DNA of 61,626 bases, the filler included, from Hausera hauseri (Eukaryota), in assembly GCA_046269625.1 (NCBI GenBank). It is 8 parts of 8 records of this genome, joined end to end, with 100 filler letters (N's around TTAATTAATTAA, not from the genome) between each part and the next. Parts side by side here need not be neighbours in the genome. Positions count along the whole stretch, not along the records: positions 46,544 to 51,447 come from JBJURY010396701.1; positions 51,548 to 56,795 come from JBJURY010299500.1; positions 56,896 to 61,626 come from JBJURY010457912.1; 5 more parts are not named here. The stretch is one strand, 5' to 3'. Positions 51,231 to 61,626 of this stretch are shown piece by piece. The translations under genes were made by a program, and so were the position numbers. The stretch's first letter is position 1; the number at the start of each line of letters is the position of its first letter. The notes below the pieces were generated by a model. It did no database searches, was not told where the DNA came from, and saw only the letters and a list, made by a program, of their open reading frames with translations.

Positions 51231-51547
51231 TAGAAAAATGCCGGTCCTAGCTCACCCCCGGCCCCCCCATGCAGCCAATCCGAAGGTTGCTTGATGCGCA
51301 CACCCGCACGGACGGGTAGATTCTACGACGTATATTTCAAAAAACACACCGTGCACGGTGCACGGTGCATCCCGGAAGCAGGGGAAGTGCACGAAAAAAG
51401 CGGATGTAAGAAGGAAGTGGTGCACGGAGGTGTGTGGCACATAGAAANNNNNNNNNNNNNNNNNNNNNNNNNNNNNNNNNNNNNNNNNNNNTTAATTAAT
51501 TAANNNNNNNNNNNNNNNNNNNNNNNNNNNNNNNNNNNNNNNNNNNN

Positions 51548-52770
51548 TTATCTTCTTTGTTATATCTTATATGTTGATATCGATGAGCTGGAGGTAATGT
51601 TTTTATAATCAATAATTTTGAATTATCCTTTTTTTGTACATTAATTAAATAATTTGTAGCTGGTGTTAAACCTTCATAGAAATTTCGTTTCTCTTTGGAG
51701 ATTTTGATTTCACCTTTTTCGTGAATACTCGTACGCCCTAATCGAATTCCTTCTCGTATTTCTTTAGAAATTATTATTTCGATTTTGTTTGTAAAATGTT
51801 TCAATTTAAATTTTATTGCAAACTGATTCATAAGTTTTCCCTGAAATATGAGTTTTCTTAATTTCGGCTTTGACTGTACTTTATTATCTTCATCATTTCC
51901 ATATTTTCTATCTTTTTCATATTTTCCACCATCTTTTCCCCTACCCTTTAGGGCTGACTACCCGGGTAGTTCATGTAGGAATAAGTGTGGTAGTTTTAGT
52001 TGTAATAAGTGTATCTGGTATTTGACGCGGAATTGATTTTAGTTGTGCATGCTTAATGAAAATAAACATTGGCAATCGGGAAGGGTATATACGGTCGGAA
52101 AGATTGACACCTAACTTTAAGTACATATCGAAATGAGGTGAATACCAGATGTCGGTATAAAGGAGTACAGAATACCCGATCATGTGAGCCATTCAGATGA
52201 CATAAATGTGATTGCGGAACAAATGTGAAGTAATAATCATATTATATATTGATTTCGTATCCAAGAGGTAAAAGTTGTGAAATTGGATACATGGAGTAGT
52301 TGGGTCAATATCTAAGACTTCCAGATTCTTCTCTAAGAATCGGATGGAAAATGTGTCGTAATTTGGTAAGTCTGAGTCAGCCAGGAATTTAATGATACCG
52401 CAAGTGGGAGTATGGCTATTTATATTTTATTTCCATTTGGCAATATATCCATCTTGATCAGGGGTTTTTAATATCACGTAATAAGTATAAGAAGTATTGT
52501 ATCGTAGTTGACAACTTATTTTACGGTGTTTTTCCGGGATTAAACAACTGGTCAATACATTATCTGATGATGTAAATAGAATTTTTATTTTATGTCGGGA
52601 AAGGCGTTCTGAGGCAAATACTAGGTTTGCTTTTATCGACATGTATAATGGTTATACGTTCGATCAATTCAGTATTGTTATCTGCAGCGGCTGAGTTTCA
52701 AGAAGAATGCAAGGAAAACAAATGAAACCATACCGAAGTATTTACCTGAAATGAGGTGAACTCGGTAATT
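51548..52770 (-). pseudogene. Post-integrase ORF of copy 3 with hydrophobic leader and FN3-like segments
   Basis: YFGMVSFVFLAFFL in frame after GPY; QLRYNTSYTYYVIL and YEGLTPATNYLINVQ...IKTLP resemble the fibronectin-III GLxPxTxYxIxV motif. Confidence 0.5.
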
Positions 52771-52779
52771 ATTAGATTC

Positions 52780-55700
52780 ATAACTATCAATATCTTTTCT
52801 CAGATGCAAATCTGCTGCTTTCGGTTCTACCGTTTCTGGTGATTCTAACTCTATTTGTTTTATGAAGTCATTGTACGAAGAAGGAGCTCTCGTAACTCTT
52901 TGTACGGATATGGCTTCGTATTTGTTTGATCTTTTTTGGATAAAAATTGTTTGTGGGAGTACATACACGACTTTATATGGTCCTTGACATGTGGGTGTCA
53001 GTTTCAACTATTTCCATCTTTTTACAGCGGAATAATGTACCATTACATAATCACCAATTTTGTAAATATGTGAACGTGCCTTTTTATTAAACTGCTTCTG
53101 GTAACCGGCTTTGTATTTTTGCTTAAATTCTTTAGGTTCCTTTTCAAAATACTCAAGTCGCTTAAGTAAATCTTGATATAATCCATCCATAGGGTTACTC
53201 GTTTTCAAGGAAGATGGTAGTTATTCAGAATCTAATGGTAATAATGGTAATCGTCCGAACATTAATTCAAATGGTGAATGATTGGTGTTTTTCGTAGGTG
53301 TAGTGTTTATCGCGAATGCAGTTGTTTTTAAATGTTGGTGCCAATCTTTCTGATCATGGGTGACTTTTGTGGACAGGATACCTTGAATTGTTTGATTCAT
53401 CCTTTCAACCATACCATTACACTGTGAATGGTAGGATGTAGTTAGCAAGTGTTTGCATTTAAAAATCTTTGTTAATTTCTCGAAAAATTCGCTGATAAGA
53501 TATTGTGCGCGGTCAGTTAATAATTGCTTTGGCGTTCCTAATACGGGCACTCTTTCATAGAAAAAGGCTTTTTCGACAGTACTGCTTGTCATCTTTTTCA
53601 ATAGGACCAAAACTATATATCTCGAATAATAATCTACGAGTGAGAATATATATTTATATCCTGAATAGGATGTTGGAAAAAGTCCCGAAATGTTTATTGA
53701 ACAAACTTCCATAGGCTGTCGGGATCAGAATGGCTTCCGAGAAATGTTTTTGTACGAAATCCTCTATCTTTTCGAGTTGCGTACATTTTGCAAGAGCGTA
53801 TCCATCCTTCAATATGTTTGTTCATCTGAGGCCCATAATATTTCGCTGTTATACACTTTAGTGTCTTATTTAGAGATGGATGACCTGCTAGATGCGAATT
53901 GTGTTCTTGTAACATCACGGATTTAATTACTATATTAGGTACGATTATGATTTTTTGTTCTCCGACATTGAGTTTTAGAATTCCATTTTCAATTTCTAAT
54001 TGTTCCCTTTGTTTTTCATAAAATTTCTGAATTTGACTTGACACTTGTTCAGACATTTGTCCATTTACTATTTCTTTGACTTGAACAATAAATGGGTCTT
54101 GATTTTTTAAGGTTTCAATATTTTGAACCTGAACTTGTCGTTGTTCCTGTAACATGTCATTTATAATTTTCTCGTCTAATTGTCTGTCTTTCTCTTTATC
54201 CATTGGTTTATGTACAGCAGCTACCTATTTTTCGTAAGGTAATCTCGAAATTGCCTCTGCGTCTGTGTTTTTTTCGGGTATATATTTATATTCCATATCG
54301 TAATTTAAGAGCTCTAACTTCTATCTTTGGAGTCGGCTTGATACATATCTGTTATCTGAACGCAATGAAAGTAATGCTTTATGGTCGGTGTATACTATGA
54401 TTTTGTGTCCATAGATGTATATTCATAGTGACGTAGTCCATCACGTATTGCTAACAATTCTAACTCCGTGGTAGAATACTTTATTTCGGCGTTATTTAGA
54501 CCACGTTCTCCATAAACAATTACGTGTTTAATAATCTCATCTGGGCTTTGTTGCGCTAGTATGTAACTGATTGCTTTGGTGCTGGCATCCGTCTTTAAAA
54601 TGAATGGTAAGGAGAAATCTGTATATCTCAATATTGGTGCTGATACTAACCGTCGTTTAATTTCATCGAATGTTTCTTGATTTTCTACGGTCCATTCACA
54701 CTTTTGATCTTTTTTCAATAGTTTGTACTGAGGTTGATTAATTTCACCAAAATTTTCAATAAATGTAAAATAACATCTTCCTAATCCTATCCAAGCTCTC
54801 ATCTTTGGACGCTGGTAGGCGGGAGATACTCCAATATCTTGGATATCAAATCAGGATTGTCGGTATTCCTTGGTTTGAGATTACAAATCCTAGATATCTA
54901 ACTTTCGGTTTGCACCATTCACTCATTTTCAGGTTCAGCTTTAATTTAGGTAATCTGATTTGATCGAATACTTATCGTAGTACGACTAAGTGTACTGATC
55001 ATATTTTGATAAACCTCGTACACCTTTTAAAACTAGACGAATAAATTGTTGGAAGAAAGTTGGTGCTGTCTTTAATCCGAATGGCATACATGTGAATTGA
55101 TAAACACCTGCACGAGTCTTAAATGCTGTCTTCCAACGGTCCTTTTCAGCCACTGGAATCTGACAAAATCCACTTTGCATATCCAATGTGGTGAAGTATT
55201 TACAATCGTTCAATTCATCAATAATGTCTCGCATACGTGGTATCGGATAAGCATGACTCACTAAATGCTTGTTCAGTGTAACGTAATTTACACACAAACG
55301 GTGTTTCGTAGTATTGGTTTTCTTTGCCATAACTATAGATGATGACCATGGTGACTGACTAGGCTCAATGAAACATTTATCCAGCATTGTCTGTATTTGC
55401 TCCTCAACTTCCTTTTGGAGTACTTTTAAAGGTGGATACCACTTTGGAATAGGTTGTCGCAATAAATCTATCTCTTTTCCTGCCTGAGGATCAATCAAAA
55501 AGACGAACCGTCCAATAACAGTTTCATCTTTTGTGAATATATCAATATATTTATAAATAAATTCAGAGAAATTATCTACATATTCAACTGATAAATTTTT
55601 CTTCGCTTTTGCGAGAAAAGTGTCGAGCGTATCTTCAACTGTCTTTTCTTTATCTGAAAAAATTTTAGCAAGTTTTTCGTCAATTTCAACATGACGAACT

Positions 55701-56412
55701 GTTTCGCATGCTTGTCCCATTTTCATTTTCGGAAATAATGTCATATATTTTGGCGATGGATTAAGTACTTCAATAGGAATTGTTAATCCATTTGTATTGA
55801 CACAGTAATGTGGAAATATAAGTCCATTTAAAAGAATTTTCTATACGAATTCAATAACACTGTTATCTGGAAATATTGTTCTTACATGAATAACCATCCT
55901 AGAATTCGCTAGTATTCTCTCAGTGTGGCCTATCCAAATATCCGTGTTTCATAATCTCTGGGAATGTCCTCATTATTTGGACAGATAAATCCTGATTTCA
56001 GGTTTTCGTAAAACATTCCTATAATGCATCGAGGATCTAAATTATTCCTTATATCCAACGTTGCTTTATTCCTTTGTCCAAAAATCATATGTTCACATTT
56101 CCAATATCCATACAGTTTTAAACATTGTTGAAAAGCTGAAGTAATGCCCGTACATTCTTTTAGGGCTATCTTTATTTGCAATTGGAGTTCGTTGGGTATC
56201 ACATATTTGGCTATTAAAAAGACGCTAGCGCCAAAGCCTATCATAGCATTTATATCGAATGTGTAGAAGTGGCTAGTGGAATGCGGTCGATTATCTCTTA
56301 TTAATTCAAGAAATGTTAGTACGTCATTATGATCGTCTATATGTAGTTCCATCAAGGTATAACTGTCTGCATAATAATTTGTTATTGTTCCACTTGATAG
56401 TATAACTGCCAA
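52780..56412 (-). mobile_element. pol: Large Ty3/Gypsy element copy 3: pol (PR-RT-RH-INT), decayed
   Basis: AMIGFGASV (degenerate PR), PKWYPP and TTKHRLC shared with copy 1, LDMQSGFCQI, TDAS, EHNSHLAGH, TSYHSQCNGMVERMN, QGPYKV. Confidence 0.93.
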
Positions 56413-56909
56413 ACTATCTTGAAATTGAACATCCTGTTCAGGTTTTGTGTTTAGTTGTTTAAGCTACGTGAGCTCAGGATAATAACTAGTGCATTCTGTG
56501 GAATTTCGTTGTTCATTAGCAAGTTTCATTGTTAAAGGTACATATTTTGACTCTATCTGTTGTTCGCTATGGTAACCTGTAATAGAAGTATTTGCCTTCA
56601 CGCGGTGGTAAGGTATGGGTGGTACTGTACCTATTCGAAGAGGTACTGGTAATGATTCTCGGTTCTTTTCCATGTTTTGAGTGATAATAGATTGAAATAA
56701 CTCTTCTTTTGAACATTTAGGTAAACTGCGTAACCTTATGTACTCTTCTCTAGTAGCGTATGAATCTCTTATCGCTGGTAAATTCGGTAGTTTCGNNNNN
56801 NNNNNNNNNNNNNNNNNNNNNNNNNNNNNNNNNNNNNNNTTAATTAATTAANNNNNNNNNNNNNNNNNNNNNNNNNNNNNNNNNNNNNNNNNNNNTGCTT
56901 GAGACATTT

Positions 56910-57214
56910 CTTTTATCACAAGTGTCACTTTCACAGTGGTATTTATACCAACTTTGTAAAATTTAAACAAAATGGGGTGGGAATAGTGAAACCACGATCA
57001 CACCAATCAATATTTTTTCGGGGGTGGGAATAGTGAAACCACGATCAATCAATATTTTTTCGGGGGTGGGAATAGTGAAACCACGATCACACCAATCAAT
57101 ATATTGATTTTCAAAATCAATTATTGATTTTTAAATTTCCCCATATAAATTTCCCATATAATATTGATTATCGATCCTGGGGGGGTTGGTGTGGTGTCCT
57201 CCCTTCCACCTACT
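56910..57214. repeat. Polinton terminus/TIR (ends CCTACT) with three tandem GGGGTGGGAATAGTGAAACCACGATC subrepeats
   Basis: Inverted homologue of 12599-12810. Confidence 0.75.
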
Positions 57215-58734
57215 GAAATGTACTACATTATTGAAAAATTAGACAATAACAATAATTTACTTCATATCGATGTCACCATGACCAATGTTGTTATGTTTAT
57301 GTGAAAATTGATCGTATTTTACTAATTTGAATTTCCGAATCAAATACACCATATGCAATTAGAGTTATTAGAACATCAAGAGATTTGCCACATCTAATTT
57401 ATAGTTTCAAATTACCAGTTTTAGGTCATTGGGTTTGCTCAAGACAAAAGTCTAGTGAAAAGACAAAAGTGAAAAACGAATGTGTTTCATAAAACTTTTT
57501 CAGTGCTATTCCGTTATTATGACTTATATTTAAAAATCCCAAATTTATTATGATTGATTGTACGTAATCATCAGTGTAATCACATTTTACAAAATCCATA
57601 GTATATGTTTCATGATAACCCATATTTTACGGTAATGTTATGGACTTTACGTTTTTATGTGTTGGCCGCGGGCGCATGCACGCCGTCCACATCGTCGCCC
57701 AGCTTTGGTAGGGTTGGAAAATCCCCGACCTCTGGTATGTTCCCAAAAGCAGAATTTGATCGTTCGTAATTACTCATTGCAAAGTAACACCAGTTGTTGA
57801 AAATTTTATTGTATCGCAAAATACTCATTTTTAAACAAATTTTTCGAAATTCCAAATTAAATTATACTTTTAATATTACATTTTTAAATTAAATTCATGG
57901 ATGAACTTTTAAAATTTAAAAATGCTTCTAATTTAAATTTAGAATTTCAGTTCTCGATTATATCCTCAGTGTCCAAACCTGAACAATACTTTGAGTAATC
58001 GCCATTTATTTTTGATGTTTTCATAAATGTTATTAACAAGAATTTTGTTGGTCTTTCGTCAGAAAATAGATTATCCTTGTATATCATATACAGAATCTTT
58101 CCCAATCAAAAATGTAACAACCTTCAATTTTCTAATTGTGTAAATAGCATTCTGTTTCTCTAATCCTATTAGATGACTTATTAAGACAGACTGCTCAACT
58201 TTTACGCGTTTACCTAATAGTTTAATTTCTGAGATAAATATTACCGGCATAATTTTTTTGCATCCTCTGGTGATTTATATTTTATAATCACATCAGTAGG
58301 TAGAAGTGTCAGCTCTATCGCACTTCCCATTAAGTGCCCAGATTGACTCGGGAACAAGCTTTCCTCACCTATGTCTCAAATATGAGCATTTCATGTTTTG
58401 TAGTTGGATACTCCCCACCCCCGAAGGAAAGAAGAAGGTCGAGCAATGTACTTTGGATCGAGACCAATCGGTCGAGCCGGACAAGGTGAACAAAAGTGTA
58501 CAGCGGCGTGAAGCCGAAAAATGTAACCAGGCGGCACAGGAGGCGGAAAAAGGAAAACGGGCAATGTGAAACTGCAAACGCAACACATGTAGTTGGTATA
58601 CGGAAGTTTTGTACCGAGGTAAAATTGATGTTCACAAGTCGAATAGACACGGTTTCGTCGGGTAAAATTTCCCAATGTTCAAGTCTGCCGGTGATGGAAA
58701 TGGATCTTAGACATTGCGCATAAGTTGGGGAAAA

Positions 58735-59702
58735 TTTTATAGTATAACCGCCTCACGATCAGGCCAATGGATCCGGGTGAAAAACGCACATTTTGTAAAA
58801 CAAAAAATCGTCAAAATCTTCATTTTCGTTTTGTGTTTTGTAAATGCGTTCGTTTTGTAAAAATTTCGTGAATTTTATTTTGTACGACAACGACGACGAC
58901 GACGATTAAAACCGAACAATTAATAATAATAATAAATTACAATCGCACTATGAGCATGAGCTCATAATTGAGTAATACATATAAGGCCAGCCGGAAGCAC
59001 ATGTCACCTGTCGCACATGTCACCGGGAGAAATCGGTAGAGCTGGATGAGGCGACAATAAGTTACTGGCGCGGCGAGAATCGAAAATATTACTGGGTGGC
59101 ACTAGAAGCAAAAGAAGCAAAACAGGAAATGTTTTATAAGAATTGCGCAATGTTTGGTGCAAATGTCAAATCAATATCGGGGAATCGAAAGCGCACAATT
59201 TCAACGTTTTCTGACCATGGGGACATGAGAAAAGTCGATGGGGAAATTTCAAGGACTAAAAAATTTCTTATTGTTCAAGTCTTCTGATTGTGGAAATGGG
59301 TTGAGCACGTAGCCCATCAGTAGTTGAGCATTTCATATTATAGCCGCCTCGCGATCAGACCAATTGGTCCGGTGAAAAATACAACCGAAAGAACGAACTA
59401 ACGAACGAACGAAAAATCGCNNNNNNNNNNNNNNNNNNNNNNNNNNNNNNNNNNNNNNNNNNNNNNNNNNNNNNNNNNNNNNNNNNNNNNNNNNNNNNNN
59501 NNNNNNNNNNNNNNNNNNNNNNNNNNNNNNNNNNNNNNNNNNNNNNNNNNNNNNNNNNNNNNNNNNNNNNNNNNNNNNNNNNNNNNNNNNNNNNNNNNNN
59601 NNNNNNNNNNNNNNNGTTCGTTCGTTCGTTCGATTTGTAGAAAGTCGTGTGTGAATTTTATTTTGTACGACGAATTCATAACTGAGTACTACTACTACTA
59701 CT
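58735..59702. repeat. Two copies (58735-58975, 59332-59702) of a short interspersed repeat containing microsatellites
   Basis: Shared CCGCCTC.CGATCAG.CCAAT..TCCGG.TGAAAAA start and TTTTATTTTGTACGAC...TCATAA.TGAGTA end. Confidence 0.7.
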
Positions 59703-59759
59703 CACAAGGAGAATGATTGTAACATATCATATTATTTCTCATGATTTGTCCGCTCTTTG

Positions 59760-60170
59760 GTATACAAAACAACGGCAATAAAATAGTACACATATTTCAC
59801 AAGTGATTGTAATGTAAGCCACAATAATCAATAATGTCCGCATAGTATAGTCATTGGATGTTGATAATGAACTCGATTATATTCAACACGGTATGATGGT
59901 GATGATTGCCGTTCAATTTGAGAAACTAACTATGACGGATAGTAAAATCGTGCAAATCGAATACTCTGACGACGTCGGTCGGATGGACGTACGCAGCAGT
60001 CCAATGTTCGCCCGGGAACGATGACGTGTTTGTATTGGCAGTAAAGCCACCGGTTTGTTGTAAATCACGCGGCACACAGTCCAGTGGAAACACGCCACGA
60101 CATTTCGTGCCCAAGAGCAGTTTTTCGTAGTTACTGAGCTCGGTATAGCTAAATGCGATAAATGTGATTT
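59760..60170 (-). pseudogene. Polinton adenain-type cysteine protease
   Basis: RGVFPLD, ANTNTSSFPGEHWTA (catalytic His), VFD, YNRVHYQHPMTILCGHY (Gln/Cys). Confidence 0.9.
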
Positions 60171-60224
60171 AAGTATAATAGTATAATCGTACGACGGTGA
60201 GACACAGCAGATTTTATTTATACA

Positions 60225-60603
60225 ATGACAGTTTCTTTTTTTCGTTATTTCAACCTCGGCATTAGATATACCGTAAATATACATTACGGTCGACTGTTCC
60301 AACGCTTTAGCAAAGTGAAGCTTCACTCGTAGGTTTCCATGCTGAGGTAGTTGAGTCTGTTCGACATCATATTCCGGAGCCAGAACAAAGGTGAAGAATG
60401 GATAGGTGGACTTGAACAAATCCATCGATAAGCCATTGTTGACATTTTTGTTTAGCAAACCCCTGTTGCGCACGATAGATTGTGTATATGTGCAAAATCA
60501 TTGTATGTTGCATAATCATTAGACTCAAAGTTTTGTTTGTACGTCTCAACGAAATCCGCATTCCGACCCAAACTGATGTAATTTACTATGGTGCCCACAT
60601 TCA
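60225..60603 (-). pseudogene. Polinton major capsid protein, C-terminal part
   Basis: VNYISL, NNGLSMDLFKSTYPFFTFVLAP, GNLRVKLHFAKAL, EVEITKKRN. Confidence 0.9.
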
Positions 60604-60751
60604 CCCAATGGGTGATTTGTATAAAAAACTTTTTTGTTTAAATATTTAAAGAAATAAAAACTGTTGTTTTGCCGTTCGACGGTCTTTACAAAACTATTGT
60701 TTTATAATTGCATGTATACATATTTTTCGAGATTTTCTTGATAATCAAAAT

Positions 60752-61318
60752 ATGTCCGTTGTTTATGCTGTAATTCTACGAGGTACAACCGTACTGGCAA
60801 ATTACTCGAAATTTCTTGGAAATTTCGACTATATCATATTGGAGTTAGCTAAACGGAGTTCTGAAGAAACGAAGGGATCATGCCAACATTTGGATTACAT
60901 TTTAAATTTCATTGCGGAGAATAATGTGACATACGTTTGCGTGACGGATTGGGATTTCAGTCGACAGGCGGGCTTTCAGTTTTTAGATATGATCAATGGA
61001 AGGTTTAAGGAAAAATATGGAATGTTCATTGAAACGGCGCTGCCCTACTCCATGACTCCAGAATTTTGCAACATAATGAAGATTTACATGGAGCATTTCA
61101 ACAATAATAAATTAGCAGCACTAGAACAATTTGTTGACCATCTTACTAATAAAATGAAACAGAACCTTCAACGGGCAATACAACGAATTGATGCCTTGGA
61201 TCACGATCAAAACGCCACTAAACAATCGGCTTCATTAACAGATAAACTCCATCACATTCATATTGCTATGGATCTGTCGTATAACTGCCCGTTTATTGAA
61301 CAGTCGTTTGAAATGTGA
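60752..61318 (+). CDS. VAMP7: Intronless VAMP7-like longin R-SNARE, divergent, no TM anchor
   Basis: VYAVILRGTTVLA..GNF, YVCVTD.DF.R..F.FL..I..RF...YG...TALPYSM..EF; partial SNARE helix VDHL..KM.QNL....QR. Confidence 0.88.
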   Translation: MSVVYAVILRGTTVLANYSKFLGNFDYIILELAKRSSEETKGSCQHLDYILNFIAENNVTYVCVTDWDFSRQAGFQFLDMINGRFKEKYGMFIETALPYSMTPEFCNIMKIYMEHFNNNKLAALEQFVDHLTNKMKQNLQRAIQRIDALDHDQNATKQSASLTDKLHHIHIAMDLSYNCPFIEQSFEM

Positions 61319-61626
61319 GACCACAAATTTTGGCAATCAAATGTCGCCAAACAGTGCATCTTTGTAAAACGTAGTTGAACCTTTCGGTATGGTGTAAAAG
61401 ACAAGTTCCGGGCGTTGTATCGGGTAACAGGCATTTTGTGTTTCCAAGCCCAATCGATGTCCCATGAGCACAGATGGTTCTACCTATACATGACGTACGT
61501 ATAATCGTGCCTCAGTAATTTTCAGTATGGGTTTGAGATTTACAAGGACGGTTTTCAAACAAAAGACATTGTCGCTGCGTTTGAGCCGAATCATGGCTTT
61601 AACACCGGGCAGTAGGTATTTCGGTT
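61253..61626 (-). pseudogene. Polinton major capsid protein, central part
   Basis: Manual translation PKYLLPGVKAMIRLKRS..FCL, KITEARLYVRHV*VEPSVLMGH, ACYPIQR..YTIPKG..DALFG..LPKFVV, GSYTTDP. Confidence 0.9.

Noticed and set aside
59687-59702. (ACT)n as a Polinton right terminus
   Set aside because: It forms the end of the interspersed repeat also found at 58735-58975, and no TIR match was seen

Overview
Not a contiguous locus: eight animal-derived contigs are joined by artificial N44-TTAATTAATTAA-N44 spacers (contigs about 1-13500, 13601-26438, 26539-30737, 30838-41333, 41434-46443, 46544-51447, 51548-56795, 56896-61626). Nearly all of it is decayed eukaryotic mobilome. (i) Several Polinton/Maverick (adintovirus-like) remnants: pPolB x3, integrase, packaging ATPase, pX-like peptide, minor and major capsid, adenain-type protease, AGTAGG-starting termini, plus a TBP-like ORF and a dUTPase stub. 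(ii) A CsRn1-like Ty3/Gypsy, a BEL/Pao, a Penelope element, mariner and RTE fragments, two tRNA-derived SINE families and minisatellites. (iii) Host-gene pieces: a vertebrate-type FBXO42 exon, an intronless MAST-kinase pseudogene, and a VAMP7-like ORF inserted into a Polinton capsid gene. The most striking system is a family of very large Ty3/Gypsy elements seen on three contigs. Their reconstructed order is Gag(CA, CCHC) - long extension with ubiquitin-like domain and AT-hook - chuvirus-like class III glycoprotein - PR-RT-RH-INT - a second signal-sequence-led (FN3-like) ORF. The fusogen therefore sits upstream of pol, in frame with the Gag extension. All identifications come from motif recognition by eye; no searches were run and most boundaries are approximate.
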